This document shows positions 21,224-31,458 of a stretch of DNA of 64,000 nucleotides, piece after piece. The DNA comes from Neisseriales bacterium (GTDB taxonomy: Bacteria; Pseudomonadota; Gammaproteobacteria; Burkholderiales; Q3-R57-64). The position numbers and the translations under genes are program-made. Position 1 is the first letter of the stretch. Each line of letters begins with the position of its first letter. Location: positions 644,456 through 708,455 of the forward strand of contig CP064990.1 of assembly GCA_016699915.1 (NCBI GenBank), given 5' to 3'. The notes beneath the pieces are model-generated. The model ran no database searches. It was given only the letters and a program-made list of their open reading frames with translations, and was not told the origin of the DNA.

Positions 21224-23368
21224 CTAAACCACGCAACGTTCCACATTCAATACAGAACCCACTTGGCCAATTTTCGCTAAGATATGATCTAGATGCATCG
21301 TATTATTAACGCGCAGGCGAAAATGAACGCGCATCAAATAATTATCCGATGTTTTTTGTGTATTGACTCCTTCAATACTAGCCGATGCTTGTGAAATCGC
21401 GGCAGTAACTTGTGCTAATGCATTGAGCTCATTATAAATGAGTACACGAATAGCCGTTTCATAGGTGCGTATGTTCTGAGAGATCAATTCAACCATCATG
21501 CTTTTGTCTGGGTCAATATGTTTTATATATTTACAGCGATATTGATGGACTACAAGTCCATTGCGTTCATTAATCAAACCCGTAACCGCATCGCCTGGTA
21601 TCGGTTGGCAGCATGACGCAAAAAAAACTCCTCCTTCATTGCCCGCTATGGCAATCGGTTTCGTTTGTGTAGCCAAATGGCCACAAGATAAATGCGCTAA
21701 CTGTCTGCTAAGCACAATGGCCGATGCATATCCCATGCCTACTTCTGACAAAATCGTATCAAAATTGTTTGTTCGCGGTGAAAATACACGTAGGTAATCC
21801 GCCTTGAGTACGTCGGATAATACAATGGGTGGACTGGTCAAAACACTTAGTACACGATCAAGTAATTGTTGGCCAATTTGTACAGCCTGTTTTGGCGCTA
21901 AATGCTTCATGCGGTGACGAATAGCAAATATTGCACGATGACTCACTGCAAAATCTAACCAAGCCGGGTCTGGTTCATGGTTGTCACGTACCATAACGTT
22001 AACAATATCGCCATTGCGTAGCATGGTTTCTAGAGGCTTATCAATATGATTAACCTGCGCTCGATAGCAACCATTACCCGTTTCTTGGCTAATTGCATAA
22101 GCAAAGTCAATCACCGTTGCACCACGTGGCAAGGTTACAACCTTGCCCTGCGTCGTAAAAACATACAATTCACTTGGCAATAAATCTGTTTTGATTTGCT
22201 TGAGAAAATTAGTTGCCTCTTGATCATCGATCGCTAATATATTTTGTAGCCACTGATCCGTACCCTGATTAAGTTGCTGCATATCCAGCGCATCAACTTG
22301 GTTTTTCCAATAAGCAACAACACCAAACTCAGCAACTGCATACATCGCTTGAGTGAAAATCTGCACTTCAATTGGTAGACTTTCCGGACCAAACAGGGTC
22401 GTATGTAATCCTTGATAACGATTATTTTTTGGAACAGCAACATAATCTTTGATCTTATTGGAAATAGGTTTATATAGCTCGTGTAGAGCGCCAAGTGCTG
22501 CATAGCAATTTGCTCTATCTTTGACAATGATCTGACAACTATACATATCCAAAATATCGAAAAATGGTAATTTTTTCTCACGCATTTTTCGATAAATACG
22601 GTATATATTTTTTTCGTATTCCATAACATCTGCTGCAATATTGTGTTGCGTTAATTGCTTTTGAATGGCATGGAGTACTTCTCCAATTATGTGCATTTGA
22701 TGCTGTCGCACTTTCTTCATGGATTTTTGAATGACCTGATAGCGATTTGGAAAAAGAGCTTGGAAAGCAAGATCTTCCAGCGTACGACAAAGTTGATGAA
22801 AACCAAACCTCCTTGCAATTGGAGCGTAAATATGCAAAGTCTCTTCTGCGATGCGTCGTCTTTTTTCGAGCCTAGTAATACCACTGAGCGTTTGCATATT
22901 ATGTAGGCGATCTGCTAGCTTAATAACGATCACACGCATATCTTTTGCCGTGGCAATAATCATTTTGCGAAAATTCTCAGCACGTTCCACGTCCTGAGAA
23001 GGTACGGCTAAACGTGACAATTTGGATAACCCATCCACCAAATCCGCAACTTCGCTACCAAAAACTTGTATGAGTTCTTTCTTATCAACCGCTGTATCTT
23101 CAATCACGTCATGTAAAAGTGCTGCAGTGATGGACGTTGCATCCATACGCCAGCTCAAAAGCTGTGTTGCAACAGCTATAGGATGTGTAATATAGGGTAT
23201 GCCGCTTTCACGTTGTTGAGAAGCATGTGCTGCTTGTGCAAAATCAAGCGCTAAATGGAGTAACTTAATGGAGGGTGCGAGAAGATAACAGGCGGCTTCA
23301 TCAAAAAAAGACTGCTTAATCTGCTCATCAAGGCAGTCTTCGTGATCAGAGCTATCACAGCTTGTCAT
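21224..23368 (-). CDS. spoT: Bifunctional (p)ppGpp synthetase/hydrolase SpoT
   Basis: HD domain (HPIAVA...LHDVIEDT), RelA/SpoT synthetase domain, and TGS and ACT-like C-terminal domains. Follows rpoZ as in other gammaproteobacteria. Confidence 0.92.
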   Translation of the reverse strand: MTSCDSSDHEDCLDEQIKQSFFDEAACYLLAPSIKLLHLALDFAQAAHASQQRESGIPYITHPIAVATQLLSWRMDATSITAALLHDVIEDTAVDKKELIQVFGSEVADLVDGLSKLSRLAVPSQDVERAENFRKMIIATAKDMRVIVIKLADRLHNMQTLSGITRLEKRRRIAEETLHIYAPIARRFGFHQLCRTLEDLAFQALFPNRYQVIQKSMKKVRQHQMHIIGEVLHAIQKQLTQHNIAADVMEYEKNIYRIYRKMREKKLPFFDILDMYSCQIIVKDRANCYAALGALHELYKPISNKIKDYVAVPKNNRYQGLHTTLFGPESLPIEVQIFTQAMYAVAEFGVVAYWKNQVDALDMQQLNQGTDQWLQNILAIDDQEATNFLKQIKTDLLPSELYVFTTQGKVVTLPRGATVIDFAYAISQETGNGCYRAQVNHIDKPLETMLRNGDIVNVMVRDNHEPDPAWLDFAVSHRAIFAIRHRMKHLAPKQAVQIGQQLLDRVLSVLTSPPIVLSDVLKADYLRVFSPRTNNFDTILSEVGMGYASAIVLSRQLAHLSCGHLATQTKPIAIAGNEGGVFFASCCQPIPGDAVTGLINERNGLVVHQYRCKYIKHIDPDKSMMVELISQNIRTYETAIRVLIYNELNALAQVTAAISQASASIEGVNTQKTSDNYLMRVHFRLRVNNTMHLDHILAKIGQVGSVLNVERCVV

Positions 23369-23386
23369 CGCTTGGCTATACCCAAA

Positions 23387-23593
23387 TCAATGTGTGGGAG
23401 TACTTAAAATATCCTTATTCACATGACCTGCTGCAATTTCTCGAAGCGCCAAAACAGTTGGTTTGTCATGCGTATGTTCAATATAAGGCGTTGCTCCGGA
23501 AGCTAACTGTCTTGCTCGCATCGCTGTAACCAATGTGAGCTCAAACCGATTAGGAATATTCCCTAATGCATCATCTACCGTAATACGTGCCAT
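23387..23593 (-). CDS. rpoZ: RNA polymerase subunit omega
   Basis: Starts [10 protein letters not shown]...[16 protein letters not shown]. 68 aa. Confidence 0.92.
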   Translation of the reverse strand: MARITVDDALGNIPNRFELTLVTAMRARQLASGATPYIEHTHDKPTVLALREIAAGHVNKDILSTPTH

Positions 23594-23726
23594 GTTTCAT
23601 CTCCTTTTTTTATTGGCGTAGATCCTATGCTATACAACAAAATGATTTTTTTAGCAATAAAGTGATCATTTTTATTCATCTTTTTCATAACTTATCAATA
23701 TATGATATGGCGCCAAATTTGACCTG

Positions 23727-24371
23727 CTATGACCAAACTACTCTGAAGAACTTACGAATAATACTCAGTAAGCGATAGGCCATATAATGGTAGGTTTCTT
23801 GTATTAAAAAACGCACACGCAACCCCCTTGTTTGATATCGTGTTGTTTTCGTTGCAGAGGGTAACGCCTCAATATCTAAATCCCTCGCAATCTGCATGGC
23901 ACGGCACATATGATAGTGATCACTAACAATCAAAAAGGAGCGCAAACCAACTGCGCGAGCCTCTTTGGCAGCATTATTTAAGTTGTCATAAGTTGTCCGA
24001 GAGCGATTTTCAATCAAAATATCACGTGGCGGTATACCTTGTTTAATGGCATAACGACGCCCCACTTCCGCTTCAGTTGGATAAAGATGTTGTGGCGTAC
24101 CGCCCGTAAAAATTAACATGCGCACATGCTGCGTACGGTATAACCAAATTGCATGATTGATGCGCTCCTGAAATATTGGTGATGGTTTATTGCCCCAAAC
24201 TGCAGCGCCCAGTACTAAAGCAGCATCAGCCCGATAATCTGTCTGATCAATACGATAGCCATAGCGATAAATAGACCAAGCAACATACAAGGTAACGAAA
24301 CAGAGCAATAAACCACTCAATAGTAATCCATACAAAAAGTAACGCATGGATAAATAGCGCTTTAAGAACAA
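23727..24371 (-). CDS. DUF218 / YdcF (ElyC)-family membrane-anchored protein
   Basis: N-terminal TM followed by the DUF218 pattern (ALVLGAAVWG...RINHAIWLY...IFTGG). Overlaps the upstream capD-like gene by 10 nt. Confidence 0.7.
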   Translation of the reverse strand: MFLKRYLSMRYFLYGLLLSGLLLCFVTLYVAWSIYRYGYRIDQTDYRADAALVLGAAVWGNKPSPIFQERINHAIWLYRTQHVRMLIFTGGTPQHLYPTEAEVGRRYAIKQGIPPRDILIENRSRTTYDNLNNAAKEARAVGLRSFLIVSDHYHMCRAMQIARDLDIEALPSATKTTRYQTRGLRVRFLIQETYHYMAYRLLSIIRKFFRVVWS

Positions 24372-26215
24372 TTATGAAATTCCTTGACTAAATAGTGCAA
24401 ATACCGCATCGCCTGTTTGTTGTCAGCGTGGTAACACGCTTGTGCTAAAGCCATCAAGTTTTTATCAAATAACTTGGGTAGTTTGCTAGTTTTTTTAAGC
24501 TGCACGATGCGTGGATGTTGCGTAGGCAAAACGGTCGCATCTTCCCAAAGCTCTTCGTGGATTTTTTCGCCTGGACGTATACCCGTAAAGCATATTTCAA
24601 TATCACCCTTTTGGGAGATACCCTCTTTCAAGGTTAAGCCCGATAAACTAATCATGCGTTTAGCCAAATCCACGATACGAATAGGTTCACCCATATCTAA
24701 TACAAATATTTCGCCACCCTGACCCATCGCTCCTGCTTGAATCACAAGTTCTGCTGCCTCTGTTAATGCCATAAAATACCGCGTCATATCAGGATGTGTA
24801 ATGGTAATCGGACCACCCTTTGCAATTTGCTGACGGAAAAGAGGTACAACTGAACCTGAACTACCTAATACATTACCAAAGCGCACAATAATAAGGCGTG
24901 TTGTTTTATGAACACTTTGTTTCATTTGCAAAATCAATTCAGCTAACCGCTTCGTTGCTCCCATTACACTTGTTGGTTTTACCGCTTTATCGGTCGAAAT
25001 AAACACTAGGGTATTAACTTGGCAATCAATGGCCGCTTGGACTAAAGCATCTGTCCCAAGCGCATTATTTGCAATACCAATAATCGGATTATTTTCTACA
25101 AGCGGTACATGTTTATAGGCAGCTGCATGATAAATCGTATTTACTTGATGTGATTGCAAAACAGATACCACTTTCTTGCTATCCATGATCGAGCAAAGGA
25201 TCGCTTCGCGTGGCACTTGGGGAGCACACTGTTGCAAAGATTGATCAATCTGATATAAAGCATATTCAGAGTGGTCTAGTAAAATCAATTTATGAGGCTG
25301 CAGCATTGCAATTTGATGACATAATGCAGACCCAATTGATCCGCCAGCTCCGGTCACTAATACCTGCTTATTCGCAATATCCGCGCAAAGTAGCGTCTGA
25401 TCAGGAGGCACGATATCTCTGCCTAATAAATCATCAATATCAATTTCTTTTAATTCTTGTACGATTGCCTCGCCCGAGACAATGTCGACCATACTAGGTA
25501 AACGTTTAATTGGCACGCAAAGGTCAGTGAGGGACTCAATAATTTTTTTCTGACGCGAACGACTCACCGAAGGCATGGCAAGCAATATGGCGCCCGCATT
25601 GGTCTTATGCAATAAATCTTTTGCTGCTTTAGGAGGATAGACCGATAAACCGCGGTAGGTATGCCCCCATAGCGCTGCATTGTCATCTAATAATGCAACA
25701 GGCTGATACTCAAGACTACTTCGTAGCGCAGCAACAAGCTGTAATCCAGCATGCCCTGCCCCATAAATTAACACTGGTATAGCAGAAGCTTTATGGCCGT
25801 CCAAACGCCGAAAAAGACCGCGCAATAAAAAACGAATGCCGCCAATATAGGCCATCGCAAATACCCAAAAAATGATGACAGCACTTCTTGGAAAAACAGT
25901 CATATCTAATAGAGCCATCACCGCCATTAACATCAAAACAGTCAGTGAGACACCATAAAATACTGTCCAAACAATTTGATCATCAATATATTTAAGAGCA
26001 GCGCGGTATAAGCCTAGTTTCGTAAAAATAGGTAATATCCATATAATCGGGATCACAAAGATCCACCAATAAGGATTGAGGGCAGTGTCCCACACGCCGC
26101 CTAAGCGTAATAAAACAGCAGAAAGGAGGGCAAGCGGCAGTAATACAGCGTCCATCAAAATGAGCCAAACCATTTTGGGCGACTGTTTGAGTAGCAATGT
26201 ATTGAACCGACTCAT
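24362..26215 (-). CDS. Membrane-bound nucleotide-sugar 4,6-dehydratase (CapD/WbpM/PglF family)
   Basis: 4 N-terminal TM segments, two Rossmann regions (VLVTGAGGSIGS) and YKHVP, GATKR motifs. 617 aa. Confidence 0.88.
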   Translation of the reverse strand: MSRFNTLLLKQSPKMVWLILMDAVLLPLALLSAVLLRLGGVWDTALNPYWWIFVIPIIWILPIFTKLGLYRAALKYIDDQIVWTVFYGVSLTVLMLMAVMALLDMTVFPRSAVIIFWVFAMAYIGGIRFLLRGLFRRLDGHKASAIPVLIYGAGHAGLQLVAALRSSLEYQPVALLDDNAALWGHTYRGLSVYPPKAAKDLLHKTNAGAILLAMPSVSRSRQKKIIESLTDLCVPIKRLPSMVDIVSGEAIVQELKEIDIDDLLGRDIVPPDQTLLCADIANKQVLVTGAGGSIGSALCHQIAMLQPHKLILLDHSEYALYQIDQSLQQCAPQVPREAILCSIMDSKKVVSVLQSHQVNTIYHAAAYKHVPLVENNPIIGIANNALGTDALVQAAIDCQVNTLVFISTDKAVKPTSVMGATKRLAELILQMKQSVHKTTRLIIVRFGNVLGSSGSVVPLFRQQIAKGGPITITHPDMTRYFMALTEAAELVIQAGAMGQGGEIFVLDMGEPIRIVDLAKRMISLSGLTLKEGISQKGDIEICFTGIRPGEKIHEELWEDATVLPTQHPRIVQLKKTSKLPKLFDKNLMALAQACYHADNKQAMRYLHYLVKEFHNCS

Positions 26216-26290
26216 TTTCTTATTTTATGACAGTATCAATATCGTGGACTATCGCAGATTGTGAAGCGATGCTATTTTTGATCAATAACA

Positions 26291-26571
26291 TGGTGGGCCC
26301 AGCTGGACTTGAACCAGCGACCAACGGATTCTGCTTTATGTTGCTTTCGCAACTCGCTGGACTATGTCTTCACCCTATCACATGGACTTAGGTGGGCGCC
26401 GTATAGTCTCTACACCTTCTGTTGATAGTCACACCAACAGCTTGGCTCGGCGTTACCATGAATCGTTATTTTTAGGTTTCGCCGAATTTGACGCCATTCA
26501 CTATCGAGTTTCCTCATATAGTGCACAGTTATCTATGAGTCCGCTGCTCTGACCAACTGAGCTATAGGCCC
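26291..26571 (-). tRNA. tRNA-Ile2 (anticodon CAU, lysidine type) interrupted by a 204-nt intron in the anticodon loop
   Basis: The 5' exon is 26571->26535 (GGGCCTATAGCTCAGTTGGTCAGAGCAGCGGACTCAT). The 3' exon is 26330->26291 (AATCCGTTGGTCGCTGGTTCAAGTCCAGCTGGGCCCACCA). Joined, they give a 77-nt cloverleaf. The T-arm and 3' half match E. coli ileX as I recall it, and the gene sits downstream of rpoD as ileX does in E. coli. Confidence 0.85.
26331..26534 (-). ncRNA. Group I (IC3, Azoarcus-like) self-splicing intron, no ORF
   Basis: P1 is CAU|AG-auaa-CUGUG with a U:G pair at the splice site. P2 is a hairpin with a GAAA loop. Core strings present are GGCGTCAAATTCGGCGAAACCTAA, GGTAACGCCGAGCCAAGC and GAAGGTGTAGAGACTATACGGCGCCCACCTAAG. 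P9 is GTTGC-GAAA-GCAAC, and the last nucleotide is G. Confidence 0.8.
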
Positions 26572-26635
26572 TCTTTTACATACATTATTTCATGCTACTT
26601 GTGTTAGGGCAAGTAGCCTTACCTACGTTATATTT

Positions 26636-28594
26636 TCAGTGTTTACTGGGTCCACGATCCAAGAAACTACGCAATCGCTCAGAGCGCGTAGGATGACGTA
26701 ATTTGCGTAGCGCCTTGGCCTCAATCTGACGGATACGCTCCCTCGTTACATCAAACTGTTTACCCACTTCTTCTAATGTATGATCCGTATTCATGTCCAT
26801 ACCAAAACGCATACGCAATACCTTAGCTTCTCTGGGGGTAAGCGTATCGAGTACTTCTCCTGCAACCTCTTTTAAACTAGCATAAATCGCCGCATCAGCT
26901 GGCGATAAATGACTCTCATCCTCAATAAAATCGCCTAAGTGTGAATCCCCATCCTCGCCAACAGGCAAACCCATTGAAATCGGTTCCTTAGAGATTTTGA
27001 GAATTTTGCGAACTTTATCTTCTGGCATATCCATTAATTTAGCCAGTTCATGGGGATCAGGATTGCGTCCCGTATCTTGTAAAATTTGTCGCTGAATGCG
27101 ATTCATTTTATTGATGGTTTCAATCATATGTACCGGAATACGAATAGTCCGAGCTTGATCAGCAATAGAACGAGTAATCGCTTGACGAATCCACCACGTG
27201 GCATAAGTAGAAAATTTGTAACCACGCCGATATTCGAATTTATCCACCGCCTTCATCAAACCAATATTGCCCTCTTGAATCAGATCCAAAAACTGCAAAC
27301 CCCGATTGGTATATTTTTTTGCAATAGAGATCACTAAACGCAAATTGGCTTCAATCATTTCCTGTTTTGCAAAACTGGTCAATTCTTCCCCTTTAAGCAT
27401 TTGCTGATGAATCCCTTTTAATTCACCAATAGAAAGTCCTGATACGTCCTGTATAGCGCAAAGACTTTGCTGTATTTCAATCACACTATGTTTAATACGT
27501 TTTAACGCAGCATCCCAGGCATGATGATGCTGAATTTCTTCCTCTATCCACTGTAAATTAGTGGCATTATCCGGAAACTGTTTCAAAAAGTAATCGCAAT
27601 CCATGCGGGCGCGTGATACACAAAGGGTTCGAATATTACTTTCACAATGTTGAATATGCCGAATCGTTTCGCGTAGATCGTTACATAAACTCTCAATTTG
27701 TTTGGAAACAAAACGCACTTTCGTAAAAGCCTTCGCAATGCGGGCTTGCCACTTCAAATAACTCTTACTCTGACTGCCATATCGCGCTAAAGCTTGCATC
27801 ATTTTACGAAAATCGATTTCCACTTCTGCAAAATGTTCAATCACCTTTTGCCGTAGTATTTTCATATCAGCTGCTTTGGACGCAGCCAGCATGGCGGCTT
27901 CTGCATCCTGTTCATCCATCAGGCTGATGTCTTCATCGCCTTCTACTCGCTTTTCTCGCGCAGGCAATGACGATGCTACTGTTAAGATGGCTTCAACCTC
28001 GGCCTCTTGTGCATCCTCTGTTAAGACGCTATCAATTACTTCATCAGCTGCCAACTCATCTTTTTTAATTCGTTCAATTTGCTTTAAAACGGCTCTGATG
28101 ATGCTAGGACAAGCCGAGATTGCCTGAATCATATTGGTTAAACCAGCTTCAATACGTTTGGCAATTGCAATTTCTTTTTCTCGGCTTAAAAGATCCACCA
28201 CACCCATTTCTCGCATATACATACGGGTAGGATCCGTCGTGCGACCAAACTCCGTATCAACGGAAGTCCAAGCAGCTTCTTCCGTAACATCTTCATCTGG
28301 TGCAGCCGATGTTGCATCCAACATCAATAGTGTTTCAGCATCCGGAGCCGTTTCAGTTACTTGAATCCCAAGGCTGGTAATCGTATTGATGATGTTGTCA
28401 ACTTGATCACTATCGGCCGTAATATCTTCTGGTAAATGATCATGTACCTCAGACAAAATCAGATACCCACGCGCTTTGCCTAATTCAATCAACTGACGAA
28501 AACGCCCCCTTTGCTCTTCGATCGTCGATCGCGACTCATCTTTCAAAGGGTTTTTTTCTGCGTGTTGCATGGATTGACCGCCTTTTCCTGTCAA
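26636..28594 (-). CDS. rpoD: RNA polymerase sigma factor RpoD (sigma-70)
   Basis: Regions 1.1 to 4.2 are present ([44 protein letters not shown]). The start may be the Met at 28570. Confidence 0.96.
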   Translation of the reverse strand: MTGKGGQSMQHAEKNPLKDESRSTIEEQRGRFRQLIELGKARGYLILSEVHDHLPEDITADSDQVDNIINTITSLGIQVTETAPDAETLLMLDATSAAPDEDVTEEAAWTSVDTEFGRTTDPTRMYMREMGVVDLLSREKEIAIAKRIEAGLTNMIQAISACPSIIRAVLKQIERIKKDELAADEVIDSVLTEDAQEAEVEAILTVASSLPAREKRVEGDEDISLMDEQDAEAAMLAASKAADMKILRQKVIEHFAEVEIDFRKMMQALARYGSQSKSYLKWQARIAKAFTKVRFVSKQIESLCNDLRETIRHIQHCESNIRTLCVSRARMDCDYFLKQFPDNATNLQWIEEEIQHHHAWDAALKRIKHSVIEIQQSLCAIQDVSGLSIGELKGIHQQMLKGEELTSFAKQEMIEANLRLVISIAKKYTNRGLQFLDLIQEGNIGLMKAVDKFEYRRGYKFSTYATWWIRQAITRSIADQARTIRIPVHMIETINKMNRIQRQILQDTGRNPDPHELAKLMDMPEDKVRKILKISKEPISMGLPVGEDGDSHLGDFIEDESHLSPADAAIYASLKEVAGEVLDTLTPREAKVLRMRFGMDMNTDHTLEEVGKQFDVTRERIRQIEAKALRKLRHPTRSERLRSFLDRGPSKH

Positions 28595-28622
28595 AAAAAC
28601 ATAATCTTTAATTTTAACACAG

Positions 28623-30398
28623 CTATGGTTTTTTCAGTAGCCCAACGAGCTTGTGTTTATCCGCATCGGTAGAAGCTTGATAAGGTTTATTGACCAATTG
28701 ATCTATATGTAATTTAAACTGTGCTTGTCGTAAGTAATCGGCGAAGAGTCGCTTATTGCCATCACGAAAAGCTTGTCTTGCCTCTTTACTCGTATCCATC
28801 AATTCACCTGTTTCCCGATAGATTGTTAAGACACGCTTGAGCATCGCTTCGCAAGGCGTACCGCGCAAACCCTCCATCAAGGCAGCGCTTGATGGAATAG
28901 AATCGTACTGTTGAATTTTATCAACCAATCCTACAAAACAATCCATATCATCCTTAAGTTGACCCATGTCTTCTATCATATCTGGCAAGGCAACATCTTC
29001 TATCCAACTGGGGTTCATTAATAATATAGCAAACTGCTTGTAGATCAGTGAAGTAACTTGAAGCCGTTGAGAAGTCCTGGGTACTTGATAGTGATACGGC
29101 CTACTTTGCTTGGTATGATGCTGACTAAATAATGCCTCAAAATCAGTTATAGTCATGCGCGTTAATTCAGCCAATCGATTGCGAATCATATAGGATAAAA
29201 GCGGCGCTTGCTTTAACTTGACTAACCAAGGCAATGCACGATGCACTAGTTTAGCACGGCCTTCTGGTGAATCAAGATGGATGCTATCCACTAACTGACG
29301 AATCAGATAAGTCGATAAGGGCACACTCTCTTTGGCTAGCTTATCGGTAAAAATAGCGGCTGAATGGCTCCTGATGAAGCTATCTGGATCATGTTCGGAT
29401 GGTAAAAACAAAAACGATATACTCTTACCATCCCGCATAACAGGTAAGCTATTTTCTAACGCTCTAAAAGCCGCCTTATGGCCTGCCTCATCCCCATCGA
29501 AACAAAAATAGATATCATCAGCATATTGCAAAAGTTTTCTCATTTGTTCAGGCGTAGTTGCCGTGCCCAATGTAGCGACCGTATCACCAATTCCATGCTG
29601 CACGAGCGCAATAACATCCATATACCCTTCCACCACTACCACACGACGAGTTTGGTAAAGTGCTTGCCGTACTTCAAAAAATCCGTAGAGCTCTTGACCT
29701 TTCTTAAATAAGACGGTCTCTGGCGAATTAAGATATTTGGGCTCTTTTTTGCTATCCATGGTGCGTCCACCAAAACCAATAACAAAGCCTTTTGGGTTAC
29801 GAATTGGAAACATGATGCGGTCGCGAAAACGGCAGTAGTGGGTATTTTGTTTTTCTGAAGGGCTTATTAGCCCAACTTGATCAAGTAGCAAATGACTCGT
29901 TGGGTATTGTTTAAGCAGCAATTGTGTATCGTCTGGTGCATAGCCGATGCCAAATTTTTGAATCATCTCATCCGATACACCGCGTTTTTTAAGATAATCA
30001 AGGCTCTTGGCTGATTGGGTCAAACAAGACTGATAAAACTCGGCTACCTGCATTAACAACTTTTCAAGCGAAAGATAAGACTTCTGGGTTGGGCGACTGG
30101 ACAAAGTTGCGTGGGGCACTGGCATATTCACGCTTTGCGCAAGCTGTTCTACCGCCTCAACAAAACTTAACCCTTGATATTGCATGATAAAGCCAATGGC
30201 TGTGCCATGTGCTCCACAGCCAAAACAATGGAAAAACTGCTTATGTGGACTAACCGTAAAAGAGGGGGTTTTTTCTTGATGGAAAGGGCAGCAAGCCATG
30301 TAATTCTGACCGCCTTTTTTAAGAGGTACATAGCGGTCAATCACATCAACAACATCAACTTTATCAAGTAACTGATGGAGAAAATCTTGTGGGATCAT
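28623..30398 (-). CDS. dnaG: DNA primase
   Basis: Zinc ribbon ([27 protein letters not shown]) and a TOPRIM domain ([13 protein letters not shown]). Lies in the rpsU-dnaG-rpoD order. Confidence 0.95.
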   Translation of the reverse strand: MIPQDFLHQLLDKVDVVDVIDRYVPLKKGGQNYMACCPFHQEKTPSFTVSPHKQFFHCFGCGAHGTAIGFIMQYQGLSFVEAVEQLAQSVNMPVPHATLSSRPTQKSYLSLEKLLMQVAEFYQSCLTQSAKSLDYLKKRGVSDEMIQKFGIGYAPDDTQLLLKQYPTSHLLLDQVGLISPSEKQNTHYCRFRDRIMFPIRNPKGFVIGFGGRTMDSKKEPKYLNSPETVLFKKGQELYGFFEVRQALYQTRRVVVVEGYMDVIALVQHGIGDTVATLGTATTPEQMRKLLQYADDIYFCFDGDEAGHKAAFRALENSLPVMRDGKSISFLFLPSEHDPDSFIRSHSAAIFTDKLAKESVPLSTYLIRQLVDSIHLDSPEGRAKLVHRALPWLVKLKQAPLLSYMIRNRLAELTRMTITDFEALFSQHHTKQSRPYHYQVPRTSQRLQVTSLIYKQFAILLMNPSWIEDVALPDMIEDMGQLKDDMDCFVGLVDKIQQYDSIPSSAALMEGLRGTPCEAMLKRVLTIYRETGELMDTSKEARQAFRDGNKRLFADYLRQAQFKLHIDQLVNKPYQASTDADKHKLVGLLKKP

Positions 30399-30443
30399 GG
30401 TTTTAGCGTTAGTACGCTCAACAGGTACTCAACCGACAAGATA

Positions 30444-30459
30444 ACGCCAAACGTTTGGC
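30444..30459 (-). terminator. Perfect 16-bp palindrome between rpsU and dnaG (possible internal attenuator)
   Basis: CGCCAAACGTTTGGCG, followed on the minus strand by TTATCTTGT. Its position is analogous to the partial terminator between rpsU and dnaG in E. coli. Confidence 0.4.
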
Positions 30460-30483
30460 GAACTATTCAACTCAAACAAAAAA

Positions 30484-30696
30484 CTAGAAGAGTTTGGGAG
30501 GCAACATTTGGCTTCTTAAGCGCTTGAAATGCCGTTTAACGGCTGCTGCAGCTTTCCTTTTACGTTCTGTTGTAGGCTTTTCGTAAAATTCGCGTGCCCG
30601 CAACTCCGTTAGCAAACCTGTTTTTTCAACGGCACGTTTGAAACGCCGTGCAGCAAGCTCAAATGGCTCATTTTCTTTTAGCTTAATACTTGTCAT
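30484..30696 (-). CDS. rpsU: 30S ribosomal protein S21
   Basis: Contains [35 protein letters not shown]. 70 aa. Confidence 0.96.
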   Translation of the reverse strand: MTSIKLKENEPFELAARRFKRAVEKTGLLTELRAREFYEKPTTERKRKAAAAVKRHFKRLRSQMLPPKLF

Positions 30697-30845
30697 GAAA
30701 ACTGATTCCTTAGGTTAGGATCACAAGTAAAAAAATTACTAGCCGACCATTTTAACAACAATCACAAAACCTGTGAAGGCTAATTTATAAGCATCGCAAA
30801 AAGATTGAAGCATATAGCTTCATTTTGAATCATTGACTCAACCAT

Positions 30846-30874
30846 TTATTGGACTAATGTGGCTATGCTACAAT
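30846..30874 (+). promoter_or_regulatory. Candidate sigma-70 promoter for tRNA-Ala
   Basis: TTATTG (30846-30851), a 17-nt spacer, then TACAAT (30869-30874). This lies 12 nt upstream of the tRNA 5' end. Identified by eye only. Confidence 0.3.
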
Positions 30875-30886
30875 ACTTCTAGTAAG

Positions 30887-30962
<76 letters not shown>

Positions 30963-31140
30963 ACCAATCAACATTTCAATTCCTCATTTCCATTGGAGGT
31001 GGTTTTAATTACTGAGTTGCTCGTCTTAGTCAAGAATGATTCCACTCGCTCAAAAAAACAAAAATTGCAAAAAAATCATTCAAAAACAAAATGCTGCTAT
31101 TGGATTCCTGGTAGGATAGATGCGTCAAAAAATTTACCTG

Positions 31141-31416
31141 TTAAACAGCAGAACGTTTTATTTCTTTAATCTGTAAAATTTTCGATAGTTTACCAACAAG
31201 ATGTAGTCGCTTTTGATCTCCGACAGCTAATCCGAGTAACGATTTTGCAATAGGCCTGCTTTCATTTACAATACCATTATCAAGATCATCTTTGGTGTTT
31301 GTTATTTGAATCGTCAAAATATCTTCTGGGTTCGCTAAATCAATGTAATGTATAACGTCGCCAACCTCTACCGTTAGTTCAGTTTTTGTGCTGGTGCTTT
31401 TGTTATCCTTTGTCAA
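31141..31416 (-). CDS. GreA/GreB C-terminal-domain-only protein
   Basis: VEVGDVIHYIDL...ILTIQITN...ESRPIAKSLLGLAVGDQKRLHL...ILQIKEI fits the Gre C-terminal (FKBP-like) domain pattern. The coiled-coil N-domain is absent. Confidence 0.6.
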   Translation of the reverse strand: MTKDNKSTSTKTELTVEVGDVIHYIDLANPEDILTIQITNTKDDLDNGIVNESRPIAKSLLGLAVGDQKRLHLVGKLSKILQIKEIKRSAV

Positions 31417-31458
31417 AATTGTTGATGTGTCAATATACCGATTTTCTACTGTTGAATC

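Noticed and set aside
26364-26552. 62-aa plus-strand ORF (MSSPYHMDLGGRRIV...)
   Set aside because: It lies entirely inside the group I intron and tRNA-Ile gene on the opposite strand. The highly structured RNA gene explains the open frame, so it is not a homing endonuclease or a real CDS.
26594-26617. Hairpin GCTACTTG-N8-CAAGTAGC between the rpoD stop and the tRNA-Ile 5' end
   Set aside because: No U-run follows on the transcribed (minus) strand, so it is not a convincing intrinsic terminator. It may be a processing element, but I cannot support that.
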